This document shows, piece by piece, positions 39,440 through 49,341 of a DNA stretch of 64,000 bases. Location: contig OY764159.1 in the NCBI GenBank assembly GCA_963668175.1, positions 2,560,001 through 2,624,000 of the forward strand. Reading direction: 5' to 3'. A program made the translations under genes and the position numbers. This DNA is from Syntrophales bacterium. GTDB lineage: Bacteria; Desulfobacterota; Syntrophia; Syntrophales; PHBD01. Positions within the stretch are counted from its first letter, which is position 1. The number at the start of each line of letters is the position of its first letter. The notes below the pieces were generated by a model. That model was not told the origin of the DNA and did not search any database. It saw only the letters and a program-made list of their open reading frames with translations.

Positions 39440-39498
39440 CCGGTCCAAAGTCGGTGCGTCGAATCGCGACAACGCCGCCGGCGTCTTTAAAGGTCGTT

Positions 39499-41553
39499 TC
39501 AGGGTTTTTTCCTGACGACGACGGCCTGCCTGGCGTTGATCGTCACGAGGTCGTCGGCCGCACCCGCCACTTCGATATAGCTACCCCTGGCCGCGTAAGC
39601 CTCGCCGCTGTCGATGGCGCTGTCGTAGGCGACGGTGTCGTTGGCGTTGAAGACGATCACCCGTCCCTGTTTCGGCTTGGTATAGTTCATGATCAGGTCT
39701 TCCGCCGCCAGGAGCCATTCGCTGTAGCCTTCGTCCCCGATCTTCACGGATGTCTCCCCGGGCTTCAGGGCAGCGGCGGCGCTGTCCGCCGGGCTGTAGA
39801 GCATGTCCGAGGTCCAGGCCCACATGGCGCCGTTCCTTTCGAAGATGAAGAGCTCCGTCTGATCGCGGACGGCGTCGAAGGGCATGGCGGCGTATTCGGG
39901 GGAATCGATCCTCTTGACGCCCCGGAAGGCGACGTATCCCGGCAGGTCCTTGTAGAGGTGCGACATTTCCAGGTGCGAATCCGTCGCCGCGACCGACTCG
40001 AAGGGCGCGACGTTCCTTCGCAGCCAGACCTTGCCGTCCATGCCGATCCTCAGGTTTTGCGGCTTGGCTAAAGGATTGACCTTCTGCATGGCGATCGCGT
40101 CGACTTTAAGCGTGGGGTTCGACTGGACAAAATAGGTTTCGGGGCCGATGGAGGCAAAGTAGAAGTCGTTTCCCTTGCCGTCATGATAGAAACCGCCGGA
40201 ATAGGCGAGGGCGACGACCGGCTTCTTTTCCTGTCCCTCGAAACTGAAGACGGCGACGCTCTTCCTGTCGGCGGCGAAGACGATCTGGGCGAGGCCGCCC
40301 TGGCTGCCGTAGTAGCCGCCGAACTGCACATCCTCCTGCGGAATGAGCGCCGCTGCGGGCGGTGCCGTGACGCCTTTTTCTTCCTTAGGGATCATTTTTT
40401 TCCCGACGAGGACCGCGTCCAGCAGATCGAGGGCGATCAGCATCGCGCCGCTCTGCGGCCCGGTCGCAATGACCGCGACGGAGATCTTCCTGTCGGGCGC
40501 CGTATAGACCATCGACGAGTAATTGCCGGTGCCGCCGCTCTTGCCCAGGACCTTGATCCCGGCGGCGTCGTACCGCGCCAGGCCCGTGAGGTCCCAGCCG
40601 AGGCCGAAGGAAAGTTCCGGCTGGCGGAGTTTGCCCGCAAATGCCGACGGCTGCGCCTTCTTCATTTCTGCAAGGGAGGCCTTCTTCAAAAGCCTGTTTT
40701 CCGCGGCGAAGGCGTCGGCGAAGCGGCAAAGCTCCACGGCGGTCGAGGACAGGCCGCCCGCGCCGAGCACCGACAGGGCTTCCGGCGGATGCTTCTTGCC
40801 CGTCGTCGGATCGTAGTAGGCCGCAACGGGTTTTCCCCTAATCCCGCCCACGCTTACGCCCGTGTTTTTCAGGCCCAGCGGTTTGAAGATGCGCCGGTTG
40901 AGGAAGTCGAGGTACGTCATGCCGCTCATGCGCTCCACGATCATTTCCGCCAGGGTGAAGCCGTCGTTGCAGTAGACGGCCATCGCCCCCGGCGCATGCT
41001 TGAGATGGCTGCGGGTCAGGGTTTCGATGGTGTCCTGCTTCACCTTGTCGTTGTATTTGAATCCGAAGGCGTTCGCGTATTCGGTGCCGGGGAGGCCGGA
41101 CGTGTGGTTCAGGAGCATGCGGACGGTGATCGCCCGGTAGCGGCTGTCGGCCATCCGGAACTGCGGGAGATAATACGAAGCGGGCTTGTCGAGGTCGATC
41201 CTGCCGTCGTCCGCGAGGAGCATGACCGCCGCCGCCACATAGACCTTGCTGACGGAGCCGATGTTGAAGAGGGTGGAGGCGTCGACGGGGACGGATTTCT
41301 CCCTGTCGGCCATGCCGAAGCCCTCGGCGTAGACGGTCTTGCCGTCGACGGTGATCGCGGCGGAGGCGCTCCCGCATTTGCCGCTGTTAATGGCCTTCCA
41401 TATGTCGCCGCGGACTTTCTCTATGGCGGTTTCGTAAGGATTGGGTCCGGTATTGGGGGCGGGTTTTGCTTTGCCGGCCGCGTGGGCGGCGGTGAGCGAG
41501 ACAACCAGGAGAAAACAGAGACAAACGGCGCCGATGGCGCGGATATTCTTCAT
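39499..41553 (-). CDS. Secreted serine hydrolase, beta-lactamase/PBP-like family, with a C-terminal extension
   Basis: Signal peptide; FNIGSVSK (SxxK), LLNHTSG, YCN and KSGGT motifs. Confidence 0.9.
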   Translation of the reverse strand: MKNIRAIGAVCLCFLLVVSLTAAHAAGKAKPAPNTGPNPYETAIEKVRGDIWKAINSGKCGSASAAITVDGKTVYAEGFGMADREKSVPVDASTLFNIGSVSKVYVAAAVMLLADDGRIDLDKPASYYLPQFRMADSRYRAITVRMLLNHTSGLPGTEYANAFGFKYNDKVKQDTIETLTRSHLKHAPGAMAVYCNDGFTLAEMIVERMSGMTYLDFLNRRIFKPLGLKNTGVSVGGIRGKPVAAYYDPTTGKKHPPEALSVLGAGGLSSTAVELCRFADAFAAENRLLKKASLAEMKKAQPSAFAGKLRQPELSFGLGWDLTGLARYDAAGIKVLGKSGGTGNYSSMVYTAPDRKISVAVIATGPQSGAMLIALDLLDAVLVGKKMIPKEEKGVTAPPAAALIPQEDVQFGGYYGSQGGLAQIVFAADRKSVAVFSFEGQEKKPVVALAYSGGFYHDGKGNDFYFASIGPETYFVQSNPTLKVDAIAMQKVNPLAKPQNLRIGMDGKVWLRRNVAPFESVAATDSHLEMSHLYKDLPGYVAFRGVKRIDSPEYAAMPFDAVRDQTELFIFERNGAMWAWTSDMLYSPADSAAAALKPGETSVKIGDEGYSEWLLAAEDLIMNYTKPKQGRVIVFNANDTVAYDSAIDSGEAYAARGSYIEVAGAADDLVTINARQAVVVRKKP

Positions 41554-41731
41554 GGAACGGCCTCCTTTTCGTTTCGGGGTCTGGGCGTTTCTTCAGACGG
41601 GAGTATAGGGAATGCGGCGCGGCAAGTCAAACGAATAGGGCAGGGCGCCCGGGGCGGCGGGAACGGACCCCGGCCCTGCGGCGAAGAAACTTACCATTTA
41701 CGGGGATGGCGCGTCGCCTCGGAAAACCGGC

Positions 41732-42226
41732 TCATGCCCCTTCTTTCTTTCCGTATCGCGCGTAGGCCAGGCGCTTGCCCGTTTCCGTGCGGAAGGTCTT
41801 CCCGATGACGTGGAGCTTCTTTTCCGTGGGCCAGTCGTTGTACATGGCCCCCAGGTTGACGATCCAGTCGGCGTCCCAGATGCAGCGGAATTCGGGCGTG
41901 TCGATCCTGTTGCCGCTGTGATGGCTGGCGACGATGTCGGAGACGTGTTTCACGGTCGCGCCGTCGATGGCAAGCGACGCCATGATGGCCTCCGCAATGG
42001 GCGGGCCTTCGACCTCCTGGTGGTGGCCGGCGGTCGATCCGTATTTCCGGAAGGCCTCCGGGATGCCGATGTCGTGGAGGATGGCCGCGGCCTCGACCGT
42101 CAGGGGGTCGCCGCCTTCTGCGTCCCGTATCTCCTCGGCCAGGGCGAGAACCGTCAGGGCGTGGTTGATTCTTCTCACGTCTTCGCCGAAATAGGCCTTC
42201 ATTCTGTCGATGAGTTTTTCCCGCAT
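41732..42226 (-). CDS. HD-domain phosphohydrolase
   Basis: INH...AAILHDIG...HH...DAD. Confidence 0.88.
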   Translation of the reverse strand: MREKLIDRMKAYFGEDVRRINHALTVLALAEEIRDAEGGDPLTVEAAAILHDIGIPEAFRKYGSTAGHHQEVEGPPIAEAIMASLAIDGATVKHVSDIVASHHSGNRIDTPEFRCIWDADWIVNLGAMYNDWPTEKKLHVIGKTFRTETGKRLAYARYGKKEGA

Positions 42227-42355
42227 AGGCGCTCCTTGTGTCCGGACCGTGAGTCCGGTGTGATCTGTACGATGCTTAAGTAAATTTATCGGAATCGGAC
42301 GGCCCTGTCCACGTTTTCTTTCAGGGATTCTTTGGGAGGCTTTCGGTTGCGCGGT

Positions 42356-42423
42356 AAAGAAACGGCCCCCGTTGCCGGTTCGTCGCCCGGCTGCGGGAGC
42401 CGCATCCCAAAAGGTGTTGCGAA
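42356..42423 (-). terminator. Terminator-like repeat, copy 1 of 3
   Basis: AGAAACGGCCCCCG..CCGGTTCGTCGCCCGGC.GCGGG.GCCGC; near-identical to 51591-51645 and 53577-53648; hairpin plus T-rich tail on the minus strand. Confidence 0.7.
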
Positions 42424-42527
42424 GCTATGTCGGGTACCGGCCGTCGGCCGGTACGGCTTGTCTTTGCTCGGGCCTCGCGCCGGACGATTGCCCGGAAGCC
42501 GCCCGTACTGTCCGGCGAATCCCGCTC

Positions 42528-43202
42528 TCAGGGGAAGCCGACCCAGGTCGTGACGCCGGCGGCGGGCAGGCGGCCCGGGGCGATGGTGTTCACGGTTTCT
42601 CCCTCCTTGGGCCAGCCGATGGAAATGGCGATGACGAGGCGCTTCGATTCGGGGATGCCCGCATGCTGACGGACCACGTCGGGATACATGATGCCCTGGT
42701 CGTGGATGCAGGTGCCGAGGCCGTAGCTCATCGCGACGAGGCAGATGTTCTGCATGAGGCCGCCGCAGTCGAGGAGCGGCCCGACGGCGGAGAGCGATTT
42801 ATCGACGGAGACGACGATTGCGGCCGGGGCGTTGAAGAAGCTGAAACCGCGCTCCATCCAGGCGGCCCGCTTCGCCTTGTCCGTCCGCTGGATGTCCATG
42901 ATCTCGAAAATATACTTGGCGAGGTCCACCTGCCGGGTCCGGTAGACGCTGTCGTTCGTCCAGCCGATGACGTCGATCTCCGCGTACGGCGCGATGCCGT
43001 CACGGACCTTCTTCACGTTCCCCTCGATGATCTTCCGGAGGGGTTCCCCGGCAAGGATGGTGAACTCCCACGGCTGCGTGTTCATGGCCGACGGCGCCCG
43101 GACGGCGATCTCCAGGATCTCCGCGATGGTCTCCCTCGGGACCGGGTCGGTCTTGTAGCCCCTTGTGCTCCTGCGCGTCTTGATGGCATCGACAATGTCC
43201 AT
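42528..43202 (-). CDS. Nitroreductase family protein
   Basis: RRSTR, RAPSAMNTQPW, FFNAP, GLGTC and IG(W)P motifs. Confidence 0.92.
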   Translation of the reverse strand: MDIVDAIKTRRSTRGYKTDPVPRETIAEILEIAVRAPSAMNTQPWEFTILAGEPLRKIIEGNVKKVRDGIAPYAEIDVIGWTNDSVYRTRQVDLAKYIFEIMDIQRTDKAKRAAWMERGFSFFNAPAAIVVSVDKSLSAVGPLLDCGGLMQNICLVAMSYGLGTCIHDQGIMYPDVVRQHAGIPESKRLVIAISIGWPKEGETVNTIAPGRLPAAGVTTWVGFP

Positions 43203-43560
43203 TCCTGCTCCCCCTTTCGGTATTCTGTATGCGGTGTTGCGATTCGGCGAGTGTGTAGATTGGAAAGCCTTAGCACGAATTCAATGCCGATTACCATCAA
43301 GAAGATGCACGGGGAAAATATTTCTGCGCGGCATCGGCGGCGCGGCGCAGTTGACGGCCGCGGGAAAGTGACGATAATTTCCGGACGATCAGCCGCGGAA
43401 TATCTTTTTAGGAAACTTGTGGGGAGAGAAATGAAAGCGGGAGCAAGTTTTCGTCAGTTTAACCCATAATATTTGGGCAACGTAAACTCCGCAGGAATTT
43501 AGCACATTCTGGTCATTATTAGATAAACCGAACAGTCTAAATATCGAGTCAAGTTGATTT

Positions 43561-44106
43561 TTAGGGTAATTCTATAAAGTGAACAATCTCAGATACCGAA
43601 GACAGACTTCCATCGAAGCTTCCTTCTTGCCGGTACATATCAATCATTATATTCCAGAATTCAATTGTCATCTTTCGAAAACGATTGACTTCATCTAAGG
43701 TCAATCTGTCAAGATCATGATAATTTTGATCAAATTTATTTTTTCCGAAATGCCTTATGATTGCGTAATATTTTAGGAATTCACGAAATGTCTTATTCAA
43801 TTGCTTTTGTTTTGTGCGGTCCGTGCGTGTACGGTGCAATAGATATGAAAACATTTCATGAGGTCGTCCCATATTTTCCTTTTCAGGTGATGGGTTATTC
43901 TGCCCAAGTAATTGCATAAGAGACAATCCTAAAGTTGCAATGATGAATGAGCATCGCTCGGTAAAATGGTCAACGTCATCTATTCCAACTTTTGAAATTA
44001 TATTGGCAAGCTCGTTCCAGGCTTCAGACGCCTTAATTAGTGAATATAATTGTAGGTTGGTATCCGATGAAGTAGTAGGTGAAGACAAATGACAGTAATA
44101 TCTCAT
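43561..44106 (-). CDS. AT-rich hypothetical protein
   Basis: 181-aa ORF in an AT-rich patch; repeat arm AATTCCGGGGACACCAT just upstream (44163-44179). Confidence 0.6.
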   Translation of the reverse strand: MRYYCHLSSPTTSSDTNLQLYSLIKASEAWNELANIISKVGIDDVDHFTERCSFIIATLGLSLMQLLGQNNPSPEKENMGRPHEMFSYLLHRTRTDRTKQKQLNKTFREFLKYYAIIRHFGKNKFDQNYHDLDRLTLDEVNRFRKMTIEFWNIMIDMYRQEGSFDGSLSSVSEIVHFIELP

Positions 44107-44162
44107 TGCCTAATATGTCTCCATTCTTGATTAAGTATCATGACCTATACGAATAATTCCGT

Positions 44163-44179
44163 AATTCCGGGGACACCAT
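44163..44179. repeat. Single arm of the GGGGACAC palindromic repeat family
   Basis: AATTCCGGGGACACCAT, reverse complement of the arm ending at 49824. Confidence 0.7.
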
Positions 44180-44228
44180 TTGATACTGCCGCTGCGTTCG
44201 TTTGCGGAAGAGCGGCGCACTGGACGGG

Positions 44229-45368
44229 TCAGGGCTTCAGATTGGTGTGAATGATCCTCGCGCCGTCGAAGCCGTTGAAGCGGGTGGACGAGGCCGTGCT
44301 GTAGGCGCCGATGTTGTCCGTCAGGAGGTAATCCCCGATTTCCAGGTTTCCCGGAAGCTGCACCGAGAGCGATATCTTGTCGAAGCTGTCGCAGGTCGGC
44401 CCGACCACGGCGCACACCTCTTTTTTCCCGCGCTTGAACGAACTGAAATTGGGCAGCCAGTGGTCGTAGATCACGCCGGAGAAGGTGTGATAGACGCCGT
44501 CGTTGATATAATAGAACAGCTTGCCGTCCCTCCGGGACTTGCCGATGATTTCGGTGATCAGCGTCGCCGCGGTCGCCGCGATGAATCTGCCCGGCTCCGC
44601 GATGATTTCGATATCCTTGGGGAAGAGCCGGTTGCATTCGTCGTCGATGAGGTTCGCCAGCTTCCCGAATTCCGGAACCTGCGAGTCGTAGGGCACGGGA
44701 AATCCCCCGCCGATGTCCAGGATCTTGAGGGAATGCCCCTTCTGCCTGGCGTCTTTCAGGATCGTCGAGGCGATGGCGAGCGCTTCGGTATAATTGTTGA
44801 AGTTCGTGCACTGGCTTCCCACGTGGAAGCTCACCCCTTCGACATCGAGCCCCTCCTCGCTCGCCTTTTGGATCAGATGGTCGGCTTCCGCCGGTTCGGC
44901 CCCGAATTTCGTGCTCATTTCGACCTGCGAGCCGGTATCGGGCACCTTCAGCCTGAGGACCAGGCCGGCCGTGTCGCAGCATTCCTTGATTTTCTTCAAC
45001 TCTTCGATATTGTCGAAGGTGACCAGGGGCCGGTACTGCCTGATTCTGCGGAGCGTCTCCTTGTCCTTGATGGTGTTGGAAAAAATGATCTTGTCCCAGA
45101 TATACGAATGCTGGTCTTCTTCCTCGAAGTGCTTGATGTATTCGTAGATCTGCATGAATTCGTTGTAGGAGGCGACGTCGAAGCTGGACCCCTCGCGGAA
45201 GAGGGTCCCGATGATCTCCGGGTGGGAATTGGCCTTCACCGCGTAATAGCATTGAACCCGGGGCAGGTTCTTCTTGAAGGTCCGGTAATTCTCCCGCAGC
45301 TTCGCGTGGTCCAGGATGAAGAGGGGCGTTCCGTGCGTCTTGATCAGGTCGGTGAGTTGTTTATTCAT
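44229..45368 (-). CDS. Ornithine/lysine decarboxylase, fold-type III PLP enzyme
   Basis: YAVKAN, FDVAS, KFG, SFHVGSQ, LDIGGGF, EPGRF, GPTCDSFD and GAY motifs. Confidence 0.93.
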   Translation of the reverse strand: MNKQLTDLIKTHGTPLFILDHAKLRENYRTFKKNLPRVQCYYAVKANSHPEIIGTLFREGSSFDVASYNEFMQIYEYIKHFEEEDQHSYIWDKIIFSNTIKDKETLRRIRQYRPLVTFDNIEELKKIKECCDTAGLVLRLKVPDTGSQVEMSTKFGAEPAEADHLIQKASEEGLDVEGVSFHVGSQCTNFNNYTEALAIASTILKDARQKGHSLKILDIGGGFPVPYDSQVPEFGKLANLIDDECNRLFPKDIEIIAEPGRFIAATAATLITEIIGKSRRDGKLFYYINDGVYHTFSGVIYDHWLPNFSSFKRGKKEVCAVVGPTCDSFDKISLSVQLPGNLEIGDYLLTDNIGAYSTASSTRFNGFDGARIIHTNLKP

Positions 45369-46558
45369 TTTCGCTTCTTCGCCGCGAGATTTTTCATGAG
45401 CCGTGTGAGCTCACCGACCTCTTTGTTGTTTTCCAGGTAGGACTCGGCCAGCTTTTCGCGCAGCTCCTCCCCGCGGTCGTAAAGCCTTTTCTGCTTCCTG
45501 GGCTTGGTCGCATGCAGGACGTAGGCGACCATCAGCGGCAGGGCCACCGTGACGTCGAGATAGGCGGTGACCGCCTCTTCCAGCATCGTCGGGTCGATCT
45601 TGCCCCAGCTCGCCGCCTCGCTGGGCGGGGCCCCGGACAATCCGCCCGTATCGGGCCTCGCGTCGGTGACGTTGATGTCGTAATCCTGCCCCACCTCGGG
45701 GATCATGAGGACTTCCTGGATCTGCGGCTCCGTCTGGAGCATGAAATTCTTCGGGCTGCCGCCGCCGATGAGGATCACGCCGGTCTTCCCCTTCTCGTAA
45801 CGCTTGGCGTTCAGGATGATGGCGGTCGAATCGTTGACGTCGATGCTCGGGTTGATCTTCAGTTTGAAGGCGTTCTGCATGCCGGCCGTTTCCGCCAGGA
45901 GTTCCAGGCCGGCGACGTTCATGCCGATGGTGGAGTCGCCGGGCGACGACGTGAACACGGGGATGCCGTTCCGGTAGGCGGCGGCGAGGATGCTCACCTC
46001 TCCGAGTTTGTGTTTCTTTTCGTAGTCGTTCATCGCCTTGCCCAGGTGGTGGTAATATTCGCGGGTTCCCATCTCTTTCTGGAACTCCGGCTGGAGCATG
46101 ATCTTTCTCAAACGGCGGTCCGTCTCCATCAGCACGTCTTCGTAATCGAACAGGATGTCGTAAATCCGGGTCACGCCTTTGTCCCGCAGGTCGGCGTCGC
46201 TCACGGTATGGGAGCCGCGGTGCATGGGCAGGTTGAAGGCGAAGTGCAGGTCGTGGTACATGTTCGCGCCGGTGGCCGTCATCCAGTCGACAAAGCCGTG
46301 ATTCATGAGGGGGATGATCGCCGAAGGCCCCAGCCCCGCCGGGGTCAGCGCACCCGCCAGGCTCAAGCCCACGGTGACGTCGTTCCGGGAATACCTGTCC
46401 CGGAGCAGATGGCAGGCGGCCCGCAGCCGCCCGCCGTTGTAGGCATCCATATTGTCGATCAGTCTGACGATATCCGTCTTCTTCGAGATCGGTTCGGGGA
46501 GGATTCTCTTGCCGCAGAGATATTTCGATTTTCCGGGACATTCGGCTTTTTTCTTCAT
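45365..46558 (-). CDS. Deoxyhypusine-synthase-like protein (probable homospermidine synthase, SpeY-type)
   Basis: AGALTPAGLG, TGANMYHD, GGGSPKNF and DTGGLSGAPPSEAASWGK motifs; overlaps the decarboxylase start. Confidence 0.88.
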   Translation of the reverse strand: MKKKAECPGKSKYLCGKRILPEPISKKTDIVRLIDNMDAYNGGRLRAACHLLRDRYSRNDVTVGLSLAGALTPAGLGPSAIIPLMNHGFVDWMTATGANMYHDLHFAFNLPMHRGSHTVSDADLRDKGVTRIYDILFDYEDVLMETDRRLRKIMLQPEFQKEMGTREYYHHLGKAMNDYEKKHKLGEVSILAAAYRNGIPVFTSSPGDSTIGMNVAGLELLAETAGMQNAFKLKINPSIDVNDSTAIILNAKRYEKGKTGVILIGGGSPKNFMLQTEPQIQEVLMIPEVGQDYDINVTDARPDTGGLSGAPPSEAASWGKIDPTMLEEAVTAYLDVTVALPLMVAYVLHATKPRKQKRLYDRGEELREKLAESYLENNKEVGELTRLMKNLAAKKRK

Positions 46559-46569
46559 GATCGCCTTTC

Positions 46570-46802
46570 TGACAGGCCACGCCCCCCGCATGGGGGGTGT
46601 TGAAAAACGCCCATCTGCTGCTTGTCACCTTCAGGTGATGTTGCACTTCTTCCCTCGGATGCTCACGTACCCTTATGTATGCTCCGCTCCTCGGGCCTCG
46701 CGCGCCTTGCATCCGGACATTTTTGAACCCCCTGAAGGGGGCAAGCAGCCTGCGCGCCCCCTGCATAGGGGGTTCAATATCGAGTTTTTCACAAGCTGCC
46801 AG
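46570..46802. mobile_element. MITE-like element, copy 3
   Basis: CAGGC[hairpin insert]TGTTGAAAAACGCCCATCTG...ATCGAGTTTTTCACAAGCTG. Confidence 0.78.
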
Positions 46803-47389
46803 AGATATCTGTTCGCTCCTAAATATCGTCCTTTCGGGCAGCACGGGGAAGAATAACAGTCTGCAAAATTGCCATTTCCTATATCGCATTTTGCCGGAAA
46901 ATAAAACCCGTGGAATGCGAAATCTTTCTCTTTGATGTGCGAATCCCGGGGGGATCGCCCGATGCGGCGCCTTATCTCGTCAGGGCCGGGCGGGAAAAAT
47001 GCGGGCGGAAATGTGCGTTGCGTCACAGCCGGTTGCACGGAAATATGGCACCATCGTTTCCAACGGGGATAATCAGGGCTTTGCGGCGGACAATTAAGGC
47101 ATCCCCCGATGGAGAAGCGGTTACGGATCGGACCATAATAGAGAGGCGGCGAGCAATCGCAACATGAACCCAGGCCTGGGAAGGCAAGGGGGGGCGCCAA
47201 AGGGGGGCATACACATGGACGGGCAGAAGAGAATGGAACCGAAGCGGGAGACGAAACAGGATACCAAGCGGCGTCTGACGAGGGTGCATGCCTATCCGGG
47301 GCCGGTTTTCCTGGCCGCGGCCAAACAGGTATCGGAAGCCCTGTACAGGGACCTGGGACGATTCACCCGAACCGCCAGGTAGCCGAACC

Positions 47390-47432
47390 ATTCCGGGGAT
47401 GCCATCCCCCCTGGTCAGGGGACGCGGTACAC
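47390..47432. repeat. GGGGACAC-family arm carrying a CCCCTGGTCAGGGG hairpin
   Basis: ATTCCGGGGATGCCATCCCCCCTGGTCAGGGGACGCGG, nearly the same as 59441-59478. Confidence 0.7.
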
Positions 47433-47513
47433 AATGATTTATCCTTCCCGGAAGTCAATCATTAAATAAGTGCGATGTCCCGAGAATTCTTTCGGCAAAG
47501 GACGGAAAATAGA

Positions 47514-47543
47514 AAAGGCAGCACCGGGAACGGTGCTGCCTTT
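47514..47543 (-). terminator. Rho-independent terminator of the PEP-CTERM gene
   Basis: AAAGGCAGCACCG-GGAA-CGGTGCTGCCTTT. Confidence 0.8.
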
Positions 47544-47571
47544 GTGTTTGAACCGGACCAAAGGGAGTGTG

Positions 47572-48183
47572 CTATTTATGAAACTTCTTTCCGGCTGCCG
47601 TTGCGCCGAGCAGGCCGAGGCCCAAAAGCAGGACCGTAGACGGTTCGGGAACGGCCTGCGTGGTCTCCATGATCGCCGGGCCCGATAAGCACTCTACCGT
47701 TTCCATGGTATACTCATAGGCGCCGACATAAGTGATCGCCATGGCGCTGTTCGTGCCCAGGCTAACGCCGTCGGCCCGGAAACTGAAAGTGGCGGCAGAG
47801 CCCGTCTGGTAGACGGAACTCGGGTCCACGCCCCACCAGTACAACCATTCATACCCCGACGCGAGCGTTACAGGCACAAAGTAGGACGAAGCGCTCGGCG
47901 ACCAGTCGGCCGGGGCAATAATGGCCGTCCAGTACCCGCCGCCGGCCGGATTGTAAGCCGCCGGACTGGTGACATTCGCCAGGCTGACCGACCCCGTGGG
48001 CACCATGACGAAGAAGCCGTCCAACCCTTGGGACGCGCCGTTATTGGTCACCGTATAGGTGAAGTTATAGGAATCGCTGTCAATTTGAGTAATGGTTTCC
48101 TGGACGGTATAGGAACCCGCCGAAACCGTACTGCCGATCAGGAGCAATCCCGCGATTAAAAAGAACATGAATCTCTTCTTCAT
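47572..48183 (-). CDS. PEP-CTERM sorting-domain protein
   Basis: Signal peptide; VPEPSTVLLLGLGLLG...KKFHK tail; GGAGG RBS. Confidence 0.92.
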   Translation of the reverse strand: MKKRFMFFLIAGLLLIGSTVSAGSYTVQETITQIDSDSYNFTYTVTNNGASQGLDGFFVMVPTGSVSLANVTSPAAYNPAGGGYWTAIIAPADWSPSASSYFVPVTLASGYEWLYWWGVDPSSVYQTGSAATFSFRADGVSLGTNSAMAITYVGAYEYTMETVECLSGPAIMETTQAVPEPSTVLLLGLGLLGATAAGKKFHK

Positions 48184-48246
48184 TTGAATACCCCTCCTCC
48201 GCTGTAATATGATGGCTCACCTGATTTAACTCCCGTGGCGACATGT

Positions 48247-48343
48247 AGCAAATAAGGTGCCATGCGCATAAGTGATGAATATTTTAACTTATCGCGAAAT
48301 GTCGGCCGAGCCGGTCCGTCCGACGGTGTAAAAAAAGCCGACA
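48247..48343 (-). promoter_or_regulatory. sigma54 promoter with a TTTACA-type enhancer
   Basis: Minus strand TGGCACCTTATTTGCT (48247-48262) and TGTCG-N6-TTTACA (48327-48343). Confidence 0.78.
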
Positions 48344-48618
48344 GCAGCGACAGGGCGGGGCTGACGCCGATGCGGCGATTATCGAATCGGCACAAGGAGT
48401 AGGGCGGATGGAGGCGACTGTAAAATAAAAGGGCGCCGTGTTGGATTCCTTTACAGGTGGGGCATGGGAAGATCGGTATTATTTTGTGAAGAATTGTAAA
48501 CGCTGTCCGGGCGCGGGTTGAGAGAACGGGGTACGGTCCTGGAAGGCATGCGAAGGGGTGCGGGACGGCGCGATCAACCATTGTTTCCCGTTTGTTTTCG
48601 CAGGCTTCATGATCTTCG

Positions 48619-48921
48619 TCAGGGCCGCGTGTTTCCGCAGTTCCAGCACTCTGTGAATTGCCCCTCGATATCCTCGCCGCACGAATTGCATGTCCAGCCG
48701 GCTATTTCTTTTTCTGTAAGCGCTTCGTCCACAATGCGCATCGCTTCCGGGAAATCGTCGTCAATTACACATAGCCGAGGCCAGCACTCTATCGGCGGAA
48801 GCTCGCCGATCCCCGCGGAGAGAAATTCATTTTTTATCCAGCATTTGATCCCGTTTGCTTCCAGGATGTTCTGAAATATACTGACAAGCGGGAGGGTCGG
48901 TGCGCTGTAAACGGTCTTCAT
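48619..48921 (-). CDS. DUF2007-like protein with a C-terminal zinc ribbon
   Basis: LEANGI-x-C-x-IKNE...GELP...WP-x-L; WTCNSCGE-x-IEGQF-x-x-CWNCG. Confidence 0.85.
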   Translation of the reverse strand: MKTVYSAPTLPLVSIFQNILEANGIKCWIKNEFLSAGIGELPPIECWPRLCVIDDDFPEAMRIVDEALTEKEIAGWTCNSCGEDIEGQFTECWNCGNTRP

Positions 48922-48955
48922 TTTCTCTCTCCGGTTTGCCTTCTTGATGCATCCG

Positions 48956-49026
48956 AATAATTCCGGGAACAAGCATACTAAATTGAGGAAAAATCGGAAT
49001 ACCGGAACGATGTCACCAGAATTATT
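48956..49026. repeat. Cassette-spacer palindromic repeat R1
   Basis: AATAATTCCGGGAACAAGCATACTAAATTGAGGAAAAATCG...TGTCACCAGAATTATT. Confidence 0.75.
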
Positions 49027-49053
49027 GTGGAAAACATGATAGTGAACCAGTTT

Positions 49054-49338
49054 TCATGCCGCTGTTTTCAGCGTAACATGCATGCCGGCCCTCGTGGCAA
49101 GAGTGACAAGCATTTCAAGACTGAATCGCTCCCATTTGCCTCTAATCAGATCCGATATCCTGGACTGACTAACACATAGCATTTTCGCAGCATTGGTCTG
49201 TGTAAGTTTCCGGGTTTCGATGAACTTGCGAAGCTTGTCCATAAGATCGGCACGCATCTGAAGAATAGCGGCCTCTTCCTGAGAATATCCAAGATCGATA
49301 AATACATTGCCGGAAGACTTGATAATCGCGTTCTTCAT
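49054..49338 (-). CDS. XRE/HTH antitoxin (HigA-like)
   Basis: SSGNVF-x-DLG...LTQ-x-x-AA-x-x-L-x-VSQ-x-RIS-x-L-x-RGK...FSLE-x-L. Confidence 0.88.
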   Translation of the reverse strand: MKNAIIKSSGNVFIDLGYSQEEAAILQMRADLMDKLRKFIETRKLTQTNAAKMLCVSQSRISDLIRGKWERFSLEMLVTLATRAGMHVTLKTAA

Positions 49339-49341
49339 AAA

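Noticed and set aside
47164..47382. 72-aa plus-strand ORF before a cassette-type repeat
   Set aside because: No recognisable motif; a small protein cannot be excluded but is unsupported
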